A program made the translations under genes and the position numbers. A stretch of DNA of 64,000 nucleotides from Corallochytrium limacisporum Hawaii (lineage: Eukaryota > Protista > Pluriformea). The stretch is from the NCBI GenBank assembly GCA_002811645.1, contig PDIP01000082.1:11305-75304 (forward strand), given 5' to 3'. Below, piece after piece: positions 1-8,890 of the stretch (position 1 is its first letter; every line of letters starts with the position of its first letter). The notes below the pieces were generated by a model. That model searched no databases. It was not told where the DNA came from and was given only the letters and a program-made list of their open reading frames with translations.

Positions 1-240
1 ATTTTTGTTGAACACCGGTTTTTCGAAATTCTGCACTTTTTTATTGAACAGAGGTTGGTAGCAAATTGCTATAGCCGGGGCAGCGCCAGACGTCAAGCCC
101 CCCACCGCGGCGACACATCATCGCTGTTTGTGGTGACAGACGTGTCCTCAACACGGGTAGCTACTTTGAGTCAGAGCTTCGGAACTGGCCATGATATCTT
201 CAGGCTGCTCACCCCAGATGCTACTACACATGGAAATGTG

Positions 241-807
241 ATGAAAAAGCTGGTCATCATGGCAGATACAGTGAGAGTTTCTGTAACTCCGCAAATCCGA
301 GCAGCTCTGCAAAGAGCTGTGACATGTGAAGGATCGGACGAGCAGCTCAGTAACCTTGAAACAGACTGCAGTACAGTAACATATGGTGATCTCAAGAATG
401 CTCTGACCCTTTTGCGGGGGGACCCGGTGAATGGTAAAGAGAAGTGGCACGTATGTGACATTTTGCGGGGTTCAGAGATAATCGAGGAGCCGCTGCCGCC
501 TGTTGAATACACAGAGGAAGAAAAGAGATACTATGACCGGTTAAGGGCCAAAGTCGAATGGAGAAACTATGAATGTATGGTTGAAGACATTACCGCAAAA
601 AACAAACAGACCACACCCATGGATTTGCAAGACGGGAGACGTGTGTTCAGCTTCTTCCTGAACTTTCTGGTGACCATTGTCGGTGTCGGGGTGGCTGTTT
701 TCTACGCAGCGGGAGACCTGCCGCTTACACAGAAAGTACTGACTGCGCTGGCTGCGTCACTCATCATCGCTGCCGTTGAAGTTTACTTCATCATTGTCCG
801 AAGCTGA
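241..807 (+). CDS. VMA12: V-ATPase assembly factor Vma12/TMEM199-like ER membrane protein
   Basis: First in-frame ATG at 241 of the ORF track entry 55..807 (a second ATG is at 259). Segment EEEKRYYDRLRAKVEWRNYECMVEDI followed by two C-terminal hydrophobic helices (FLNFLVTIVGVGVAVFY; LTALAASLIIAAVEVYFIIV) matches the Vma12/TMEM199 layout. Confidence 0.7.
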   Translation: MKKLVIMADTVRVSVTPQIRAALQRAVTCEGSDEQLSNLETDCSTVTYGDLKNALTLLRGDPVNGKEKWHVCDILRGSEIIEEPLPPVEYTEEEKRYYDRLRAKVEWRNYECMVEDITAKNKQTTPMDLQDGRRVFSFFLNFLVTIVGVGVAVFYAAGDLPLTQKVLTALAASLIIAAVEVYFIIVRS

Positions 808-903
808 ACAGGTCACAGCATGTATCGAAAGGTTCTCCGTAGGTAAAGTGTGCACTGCGCATGTATTTTCTCATCACCACATAAGTCCCAAGGTAACGGC
901 AGA

Positions 904-1908
904 TCATGCCACAAACACAACAAAGAAGATAAAGAAGAATAGAAGCACTCCAAACACCTTCAAGAAGAGCATACGATTGTTTGATATGCTCGTGAAGTAC
1001 TTCAGCAGCTCGTTGTGTGCTCCTTCAATGTTCATCTCGGCGTCCTGCACGTTCGCGTCAATGCGCATAATTTGTTCACCTTGTTCTTGTACCATGCGTG
1101 CAAGTTGTTGGAATACTGTTCCCAGCTCTGTGATGGTGCTTTCAATTTGGTTCACCGCTTCATGACGGCTCTGCAGGTACTCCTGGTTACCACCTTGTTG
1201 CATGTATTGCTGTCCCTGCGCCATACTACCACCCATGTCGATTCCTACATGGCCCTGGCTACCGGTTCCTCCGTCAGGTCCACCATATTGATCACCATAA
1301 GGGTTGTATGCATTTTGTGACTGTTGCCTGGCATGTTCCTGCATGAGCAGCGAGCTTTCCATGGGTGCATCACGGGTGTCTGCGCTGAATTGGCTTCGAC
1401 GGTCTTTCTGCTCCTGCAAGCTTTTGGTTCTAACCTCAAGAACATCCTTGAAGTCATTAGACATCTTTGCAAGACGTGTCTGCAGTTGGATGACCACGTT
1501 CTCGGTATGCTTTTGGTTTGAACTTCCCATGGTTGCGGCTCGGTTGCGAATGTGGCTCTGCAGCTGCCCGATCTGTTGATTCAAAGCATTAATATCTTGC
1601 TTGATGATATATGTAAGGTCCTGAATTTCCATATTATTGTCTTCAAACAAATTCTTCTTCTTGGCGAGCATGGTCAATTTTTCCAACTTCATGTAACATT
1701 CCTGAATAGATTTGCCAATGGTCTGTGCTGCTCTGGCGAACTCACTCTTCTGGTGAATAGGCTTTCCCGCGGAGCTGTGGGACTGCATGACACCTTTTCG
1801 GTCCTTAATATTGCGTGAAATGGAGAAAAACTCATTGGTTCGATCCCGAAGAGTCATGCCAGGACTCTGTCCTCCCAAAGGACTTCTGTTTGTGCGTGGT
1901 GAATACAT
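904..1908 (-). CDS. STX5: Syntaxin-5 / Sed5 cis-Golgi Qa-SNARE
   Basis: Sly1-binding N-peptide RDRTNEF, Habc region (KLEKLTMLAKKKNLFEDNNMEIQDLTYIIKQDI), SNARE motif (IESTITELGTVFQQLARMVQEQGEQIMRIDANV) and C-terminal TM anchor. In-frame ATGs at 1908 and 1857. Confidence 0.95.
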   Translation of the reverse strand: MYSPRTNRSPLGGQSPGMTLRDRTNEFFSISRNIKDRKGVMQSHSSAGKPIHQKSEFARAAQTIGKSIQECYMKLEKLTMLAKKKNLFEDNNMEIQDLTYIIKQDINALNQQIGQLQSHIRNRAATMGSSNQKHTENVVIQLQTRLAKMSNDFKDVLEVRTKSLQEQKDRRSQFSADTRDAPMESSLLMQEHARQQSQNAYNPYGDQYGGPDGGTGSQGHVGIDMGGSMAQGQQYMQQGGNQEYLQSRHEAVNQIESTITELGTVFQQLARMVQEQGEQIMRIDANVQDAEMNIEGAHNELLKYFTSISNNRMLFLKVFGVLLFFFIFFVVFVA

Positions 1909-2474
1909 GGTTGCTCCGGAGGCCAAACACTTTGTTTGCTGCTTAGACCGTTTCCTTGCTCATGCCATGATTAGTATTCTCTTTAATTAAATCGCATTGG
2001 CACTGCAGTCAAGTATAGCAATCTGGGTCTTTACAGAGCCACCAACTTTGAAATAAGTTTTCGTGTCATCTGCGTCTCCGTTCCTTGCTCTTGTTACAGA
2101 CGTGGCAAATATTGTTGGACTCGCAAAGCGAAAACATCAAGACGAAACGAGGCACCGCCTCGTCCCGCCCCCTCTCCCCCCCCCCCCCCCAAGGCGGTTC
2201 TCGTTCCCGAAAAATTCTATCGAGGAGAGGAAGAGCAAAATAGGGAGGAGCTGTACAAAAGCGCCGGCATCCACACCCACCCGCCTCCCTGCTCTACAGG
2301 TTGGCCGGGCCGCTTCACAAGTCCACGTCACCCCTCCGACCCCCTAACCTCATTCAGTCGCTTTGCAGGGATGCTTGCTAACTACATCAACGGGGTTTGC
2401 ACGTAGCGAGGACGGGTGTCATATTGTAATGATGAACTTCTTTATGGATTACCAAAATACCAGACCTAATCCAT

Positions 2475-4091
2475 TCAGGCTCCAACCAGCGCAGTTGGAG
2501 GAGCGACCTCGGGAACGCATCCGAGGATGAATGTGTTGGCCTTGAATGCCTGTTCAACGTCCGCTGCAGACATCTCTTGAGGTTTCTTCTTTACTGGATC
2601 AGGCGCTGCACCAGTGTCCTTGTACGCATCTTCTGGTTTGACTTCTTTAACGTTCTGAGAGGGCCCTGAAAGGACTTGTTGCGCAGCGGCAGGAGCACCA
2701 AATCCACCGAACCCACCGCCACCTGAGGGTGCTCCGAAGCCGCTGGACCCCGCTGGTGCTCCGAAGCCTCCTGCAGCGGCGCCGGCGGCGCCAAATCCGC
2801 CGGGCTGTGGCTGCATGGCTGGGGCAGCAAACCCGCCCGAGCTGGGTTGTCCAAATCCACTGCCGCTCGCCGGAGGGCCAAATCCGCCCGGTGCAGCAGT
2901 GCCTCCAAACCCACCGCTAGGCTGCTGCTGTTGACCCTGCTGTTGACCCTGCTGTGTGCCAGTGCTCGGGTGCAGCTCCGTAGTGAATATGCTACCCGCA
3001 GGGGCTGAAACTTTGAAAAACGGTTTCTCTCCTCGATGTGTCTTTCCGAGCATAACTTTCTTCAACCGGTTGATTTCTGCCCTCTTGTTGGTGATCATTT
3101 GTAGGGTATTGTTGTACTCTTGCATATACTGTTGCGACGAGTTGGAAGCCATAGCCTGGAGAGCTCTCAGGTGTACCTCTTCCGGACTCACATCATCGCT
3201 CAGTAACGATGGACTGAGGCCCATGCCGTAACATCCCAGTGGCCAACCGGCATGTGCAAAATCTTTTTGCAATAGTCCTTGTTGTTGATCCACTGTCTTT
3301 TCGTGGTCTTTCTTGCTTCCCTGCGGCTGCTGTCCTTGTCTGGCACCCGGTTGTGAACCAAAGCCGCCTGACCTGGCCGGTTGACCGAATGCCGAACCAC
3401 CAAAACCACCTGACGGCACCCCAAAGGAACCACCTTGCTGTTGCTGCTGTTGCTGCTGTTGCTGTTGTTGCTGCTGGCCTCCAAAGGGCGATGATCCAAA
3501 GCCACTGGTGTTCTGAGTGCGTCCGCCAAAACCGCCAGTACCACCACCCGTACCCCCGCTGCCGAACCCAGAGGAGCCGAATCCACTCTGCTGCTTTTGT
3601 TGACCACCGAAGCCACCACCCCCACCAAAACTGTTACCTCCACCGAATCCCCCTGGTTTCTGTTGACTTTGATTACCTCCGAATCCCCCTGGTTTCTGTT
3701 GACTTTGATTACCTCCGAATGCACTGGCCGAGCTTTGGCCAAACGCAGGCGCCCCGAACCCGCCGGGAGTATTTTGCGGCGGACCACCACCAAAGCCTGA
3801 TCCGCCAAAGCCACTCGAGCTGGTGCTGCTTCCGAAGCCACCTCCAGCTCCCTGTTTCTGCTGAGTATTTAAAGCAGAAAATGGATTACTGGTCTGTACA
3901 GCGCCACCGCCGAACCCACTCGATTGCGGCTGCTGTTGAGACCCGCCAAATCCACCACCCCAGCCAGGTTGCGCCTGCTGTCCTGTACCGCCGCCCGCAA
4001 CACTGCCTCCGGGCCCCTCATGTCGATATCGACAATTGGCTCCAAACTTGCATTTGCCCTGAGGCCAGAAGCGGCACAGTTGCTGGGACAT
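2475..4091 (-). CDS. NUP42: Nucleoporin NUP42/NUPL2 (Amo1-like): CCCH zinc finger + FG repeats + C-terminal Gle1-binding-like motif
   Basis: N-terminal CRFWPQGKCKFGANCRYRH (C-x8-C-x5-C-x3-H), many GFG repeats, central WPLGCYG...DVSPEEV block, and C-terminal FKANTFILGCVPEVAPP typical of NUPL2/Nup42. Confidence 0.85.
   Translation of the reverse strand: MSQQLCRFWPQGKCKFGANCRYRHEGPGGSVAGGGTGQQAQPGWGGGFGGSQQQPQSSGFGGGAVQTSNPFSALNTQQKQGAGGGFGSSTSSSGFGGSGFGGGPPQNTPGGFGAPAFGQSSASAFGGNQSQQKPGGFGGNQSQQKPGGFGGGNSFGGGGGFGGQQKQQSGFGSSGFGSGGTGGGTGGFGGRTQNTSGFGSSPFGGQQQQQQQQQQQQQQGGSFGVPSGGFGGSAFGQPARSGGFGSQPGARQGQQPQGSKKDHEKTVDQQQGLLQKDFAHAGWPLGCYGMGLSPSLLSDDVSPEEVHLRALQAMASNSSQQYMQEYNNTLQMITNKRAEINRLKKVMLGKTHRGEKPFFKVSAPAGSIFTTELHPSTGTQQGQQQGQQQQPSGGFGGTAAPGGFGPPASGSGFGQPSSGGFAAPAMQPQPGGFGAAGAAAGGFGAPAGSSGFGAPSGGGGFGGFGAPAAAQQVLSGPSQNVKEVKPEDAYKDTGAAPDPVKKKPQEMSAADVEQAFKANTFILGCVPEVAPPTALVGA
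3643..3714. repeat. Exact 36-bp tandem duplication inside the NUP42 FG region
   Basis: ccgaatccccctggtttctgttgactttgattacct at 3643-3678 and 3679-3714; encodes GGNQSQQKPGGF twice on the minus strand. Confidence 0.95.
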
Positions 4092-4372
4092 TCCTCTCTG
4101 ATTGAACTAAGATTATGTGCGCCCACCTCGTGATACTTTGACCATCGTGGCTGCAATCGAGAGTTTATATGACATTGACCTCTACTCCGATTTGAATAAT
4201 CCTAAACAAGGCTAAAGAAAGAAAAAATAAAATCACTTGAAATAGCTCACAAACACGGGATTGGTAACCATTGCGTGCTGAAAGGCTGCGGAGACAAGGG
4301 CATTTGGGTAAAAAGCACGGTTAGTAGCGTCCTCTAGCACTTTGCACACCAACCCCCCCCCCCTGGGGGCCA

Positions 4373-4455
4373 TCCCTCGTTTCCACACCCTGCCCAAAAA
4401 AGCGCGCCGTAGCTGGCAAGAAAAAGTAGAGGTCAATGTTCGGGAGTCTATTTTC
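4373..4455. repeat. 83-bp direct repeat, copy 1
   Basis: tccctcgtttccacaccctg...gggagtctattttc is identical to 7771-7853. Confidence 0.9.
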
Positions 4456-5198
4456 AACTACAGTTCTTGGGAACGGGACCGTTTGTACACTCATACGGTC
4501 AATGCACTTGAGATGGCATCTCCAGCCAATCAGAGTCATTACCTGGACTGTGTGTTTGATGATGCAAAACTCAAACAAGCCCGCCGGAAAAAAAAAAGAG
4601 GGAGAGGGTGTAGTGGTTCAGAGTGTGTGGGGTAAACACCGCATCGCACTACTGGCTTTTTTCGGACGAAACAGAGGCGGCCACCATCAGAACCCCAGTT
4701 CAAAATCCTCGACAGTTGGTTCTCTGGTGTCCCAGGTGCCGTGGTGTACTCGAAATTCCCATGAGAAAAATTTAGGGCGCTTGCAAGCAAGCCGGGGGGA
4801 GGGTCAGGAAAAGGATCAAGAACGACAGCGACAGGAATGACGATTGAACACCGCAAGGCTTCGAGGACGGGGAAATACCCGAGTCCTTGTGCGGCTTTCC
4901 AGTTTATGTACGGTGGTACCTCTATTCAATTTCACTGTGATGAATCCAGGTTGCGCTTGCGAACCCCTGGCTGGTCCCAAATGAAACCTTGTGGCCCCCC
5001 GGGGGGGGGGGCCGGGGCTTACCTCCGGTCCGCCTCGGATCGTCCAGAAGATTCATTGACTTTGTTCAGTGGGCTAAGCATTCCTTTCACCTGGCCGCAA
5101 GGCTGTGGTATTTTTGGAACAAGAGTCACTCACATGGTATTGAATATGACGTCGCAATAATTTTCGAACCATAGAAGTAGTGAAGACCTTAGACGACC

Positions 5199-6332
5199 AT
5201 GACTCTGTTGGCAATTGACTGGCAAGACGGCAAGCTCCGCATCCTGGACCAGATAAAGCTGCCTCATGAGACTGTGTACATCGACATCCTGGGGTACGAT
5301 GATGCTTTCAATGCCATCCGCGGTATGAAGGTGCGGGGCGCACCAGCCATCGGTGACGTGGCTGTGCTTGGACTGGTTGTGGAGTTTGCGAAGATGACCG
5401 ATTTGGACCTCGCCTCCTTCCTCGATAAGGCGATTGACATGTCGGAGTCCATGAAGGCGGCCCGGCCCACGGCTGTGAACCTGATGGAGGGCTGTGACCA
5501 GATGATTGCCAAAGCCGAAGAGCTGAAAGGAACCAACACGCCCACAAGTGAGGCCCTGCAACAGTTCGTGAAGGTCGCTGAGGCCCTCCTCGCGAGTGAC
5601 CTAGCTACCTGCAAGGCAATTGGTGACTGGGGTGCCAAATTCATTATGCAGCACCACGTTTCTTCTCAGGTCCCCAATGGCACCAGCAATGGTACCGAGG
5701 AAGGTAAGGTCCAGGTACTCACCCACTGCAACGCTGGAGCTCTGGCTACAGCTGGCTACGGTACGGCTGTGGGTGTGATCCGGTCCCTGCATCGGGACGG
5801 TGATCTGAATATGGCCTTCTGCACCGAGACCCGTCCTTATAACCAGGGTGCTCGCTTGACTGCATACGAACTGGTCTTTGATAAGATTCCGGGGACCCTC
5901 ATCACGGACTCCATGGTCAGCGCATTGATGCAGAAGGGATCTGTCGATGTTGTGGTGGTGGGAGCAGATCGTATTGCTGCCAATGGTGACACAGCCAATA
6001 AGATTGGCACCTATCAGCTGGCTATTGCTGCTAAGCACCATGGCATTCCATTCCTTGTCGCTGCACCATTCACTACCATCGATCTGAAGACGATAAAGGG
6101 TGCCGACATTGTCATTGAGGAACGGGCCGCCAAGGAACTGACCCATGTTCAAGGGGTACATGTGGCAGCGGAAGGCATCAATGTGTGGAACCCTGCATTT
6201 GATGTCACTCCCGCTGACCTGATTACCGGCATTGTCACCGAGTTTGGTGTGGTTAAGCCAACCAAGAGAGACGACGGGGCCGTGTTCTTCGATCTGCCCA
6301 CCTTCATGAAAAACGTTCAGGAGAAAGCATAG
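5199..6332 (+). CDS. MRI1: Methylthioribose-1-phosphate isomerase (methionine salvage)
   Basis: Motifs VRGAPAIG, RPTAVNL, THCNAGALATAGYGTA, ETRPYNQGARLT, GADRIAANGDTANKIGTY, NPAFDVTP. Confidence 0.97.
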   Translation: MTLLAIDWQDGKLRILDQIKLPHETVYIDILGYDDAFNAIRGMKVRGAPAIGDVAVLGLVVEFAKMTDLDLASFLDKAIDMSESMKAARPTAVNLMEGCDQMIAKAEELKGTNTPTSEALQQFVKVAEALLASDLATCKAIGDWGAKFIMQHHVSSQVPNGTSNGTEEGKVQVLTHCNAGALATAGYGTAVGVIRSLHRDGDLNMAFCTETRPYNQGARLTAYELVFDKIPGTLITDSMVSALMQKGSVDVVVVGADRIAANGDTANKIGTYQLAIAAKHHGIPFLVAAPFTTIDLKTIKGADIVIEERAAKELTHVQGVHVAAEGINVWNPAFDVTPADLITGIVTEFGVVKPTKRDDGAVFFDLPTFMKNVQEKA

Positions 6333-6489
6333 GTTGTTTTTCTAATGGTGGGGTCCAACGTAAATGAGCGCATATCATAAAGAACTTACATCTAGGAGCA
6401 TGTACATTCGGTTTTACTAATATCTGGTTCACGATTAAATACACATGGACTTTGGCCAAGCCGGTTCGCAAGCGGGGTTTTTGCTTTGT

Positions 6490-7482
6490 TTAGATCAAAC
6501 GCTGCACCACAGAGGCACCGATTAGACCGGCATCCTTTAGCGTCACGTTGTCATCTGTCAATTCCTTCGGCGGGAACGCAGACATAAGCTTGAAGCTCTT
6601 TCCCTCTGGCAGCTGCCGGGCAGCACTGACAAAGGCACGCACATCGCCCACTGTCTGTGTTTCGGTGAACCGTCCAATCATGCGAGTGCCGTCGTGGAGG
6701 CGAACTTGCAGGGATGTGGTAACGTCCGCTGCTGCTGCTGCATTACTCTCCGCGCTTGCCGCAATGGAGGCTGTTGCTGTGGTGGTGGTAGTGGTGGTGG
6801 TGGTGGTGGATGCTGCAGGGTCAGAGGACGACTCGGTCTTATTCCCCACAACACCTGGAGTTGGAGATCCCAGCATGTGACCCTGACCTGTGAATACGGC
6901 GCGTGGCCCAACCGGACGGCTCTTCTGCTCCTGGCGGTACGGTTCCTGGCGCCGATCAACAAGGTCTACTCCGATCTGTCCTGTTTGTGCAGAGCGTTCA
7001 ACAAGTTCCTGCGGAATCTCCCCACGATGTATGGACTGAAGAAACTCGGCGTTTTCGGGATCATCCAGGGCCCGCAGAGGCCCATCGTCAATTGAGAACC
7101 CATTGGCCCAGAAAGTCAGAGTAATCTTGGCGGGCTCCGAAGATCCGCCGGCTTCTTCCAAAGGCTTGTTGTCAACCACTTCTGAGGCTTCGTTTCCGGT
7201 GCCCAAGCGCATACCTGCACCCCGAAACACATTCTTTGCCTGGGCCGGGCGATTCTGTGCAAAGTCCTGCGCCACTTCCTCAGCTCCCTGGTTGCGTGCA
7301 GCCTCAAACACTCTCCGGATTACGTCATCTCGGTTCTGTCCTGAGCCCGCACGGTCCGGCCCGAGGATGGCCTGGCCACTATTTTCAGACCCACCTGCGT
7401 AGTACTCATTGCCACGGTCACCCTCATCAGGGCCTTTGTCCTCGTCGTTGCGATAGTCTCCCAGGCCAGTGATGCGAGGCAT
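6490..7482 (-). CDS. SEP-UBX p97/Cdc48 adaptor (p47/Shp1/p37 family), without N-terminal UBA
   Basis: YYAGGSENSGQ motif, SHP boxes (FRGAGMRLG, FTGQGHMLG), SEP domain (LTFWANGFSIDDGPLR...FLQSIHRGEIPQEL) and UBX domain (TTSLQVRLHDGTR...AFPPKEL). Confidence 0.92.
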   Translation of the reverse strand: MPRITGLGDYRNDEDKGPDEGDRGNEYYAGGSENSGQAILGPDRAGSGQNRDDVIRRVFEAARNQGAEEVAQDFAQNRPAQAKNVFRGAGMRLGTGNEASEVVDNKPLEEAGGSSEPAKITLTFWANGFSIDDGPLRALDDPENAEFLQSIHRGEIPQELVERSAQTGQIGVDLVDRRQEPYRQEQKSRPVGPRAVFTGQGHMLGSPTPGVVGNKTESSSDPAASTTTTTTTTTTATASIAASAESNAAAAADVTTSLQVRLHDGTRMIGRFTETQTVGDVRAFVSAARQLPEGKSFKLMSAFPPKELTDDNVTLKDAGLIGASVVQRLI

Positions 7483-7770
7483 TCTTTCTGTTTTCTTTTT
7501 GGTTGCTTCTACGCTCTATGTTTTCCAAGATGAAGCTTTTCCACTCCAAACCAACCGACACAGCTTTTGAATGTGTTGACTAAACAAGAAATACCTGTTC
7601 CAGTACATTACCAAAATTCTTTTGGTCTAGTGTTGAAGTCGTCGTTTCGACTAACTCACTCACGCACCACACGGAGCAAGATTGTTTTTAACTGCGGCTG
7701 CTGCTTCCATCGTCTTGCTCTCGCTCCGCTTGCGCTATTCTCCGCGACGCCCCCCCCCCCCCGGGGGGCC

Positions 7771-7853
7771 TCCCTCGTTTCCACACCCTGCCCAAAAAAG
7801 CGCGCCGTAGCTGGCAAGAAAAAGTAGAGGTCAATGTTCGGGAGTCTATTTTC
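7771..7853. repeat. 83-bp direct repeat, copy 2 (ends at an assembly gap)
   Basis: Identical to 4373-4455; truncated by the N-run starting at 7854. Confidence 0.85.
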
Positions 7854-8027
7854 NNNNNNNNNNNNNNNNNNNNNNNNNNNNNNNNNNNNNNNNNNNNNNN
7901 NNNNNNNNNNNNNNNNNNNNNNNNNNNNNNNNNNNNNNNNNNNNNNNNNNNNNNNNNNNNNNNNNNNNNNNNNNNNNNNNNNNNNNNNNNNNNNNNNNNN
8001 NNNNNNNNNNNNNNNNNNNNNNNNNNN
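7854..8027. other. Assembly gap
   Basis: Run of N. Confidence 1.
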
Positions 8028-8187
8028 CCCCGCCCCCCCCCCCCCCAACCATCATATGCTTCCTCGCAAGGTGACCGACCCTACAATTTCCCCTCTAGTT
8101 CTCCTTTTCCTTCTTTGGTTTCTTTTTCTTTCTTCGCGAACGTACGTGGTACCCACCACTCGAAGAGAAGCGAACAGGCACAGACAC

Positions 8188-8300
8188 AGAGAGAGAGAGA
8201 GCGAGAGAGAGAGAGAGAGAGAGAGCGAGAGCGAGAGAGAGAGCCAATCACCCTGCTGGCTGACCTGGCCTGGCCTGACCTGGCCTGGCCTGGCCTGGCC
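8188..8300. repeat. (GA)n microsatellite followed by a TGGCC/TGACC pentamer array
   Basis: Imperfect (GA)n at 8188-8243 and about 9 pentamer units at 8256-8300. Confidence 0.9.
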
Positions 8301-8890
8301 GCTGCTGCGGGCAGGTGGAGTCACCCACTTCCTCCTGCCGCGCTTTTTTGTGCGCGCGGCCTTTGGCTTCGCAATACTTTTGCCCCTCCCACTACACAGC
8401 CCGGCAAGAATTCGACCGGCAGCTTGAGGGAGGACGGGGTGGTGGTGGTTGTACCGCGCAGTGTTTTGCCATTTTTTCCTTAGCCACCGAGGGGGAGGAG
8501 GGCCCCCCGCCTGGGGGGGGGCCTCCGGGTGGCTCCTGGCTCCACAGTCCGTACCCGCCCGCAAGAACGAACCGGTTCCCAAATTTCAACTTTTTGCCGT
8601 TGATTGCGTGGCCGTTTCTCGGGCTTTCAGCCCAGGGTCCCCCCTCCCCCCCGGCGGGGGAGCAGTCAAGACCCCCTAGGGCCACCCGACAGCCAGCCTT
8701 CACTACAGTTCGGGCTGGCGGCAGGGTCTTAATCCTTTGTCAAGCGCTGGGTATATCAGAGCACTTTTTGCCCGGGTACGCCTGGGCCTTCTATTTGACG
8801 ATAGTATTGCCCGCCACAACCATGACAAGAGTGATAGACGATGTGAAAGGTACGCAAAATGGAGTACAGTGAGACTAGTGAGAAACCAGT

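Noticed and set aside
3200-4105. 213-aa and 288-aa alternative-frame ORFs over NUP42
   Set aside because: By-products of the low-complexity Gly/Gln coding sequence.
904-7482. Proximity of STX5 and a p47-family gene as a functional cluster
   Set aside because: Separated by unrelated genes; no evidence of co-regulation or conserved synteny from this window alone.
7656-8427. ORFs containing X runs (also at 14192-14899, 36998-37871, 49661-50210, 52997-53584)
   Set aside because: Open only because N bases and microsatellites contain no stop codons.
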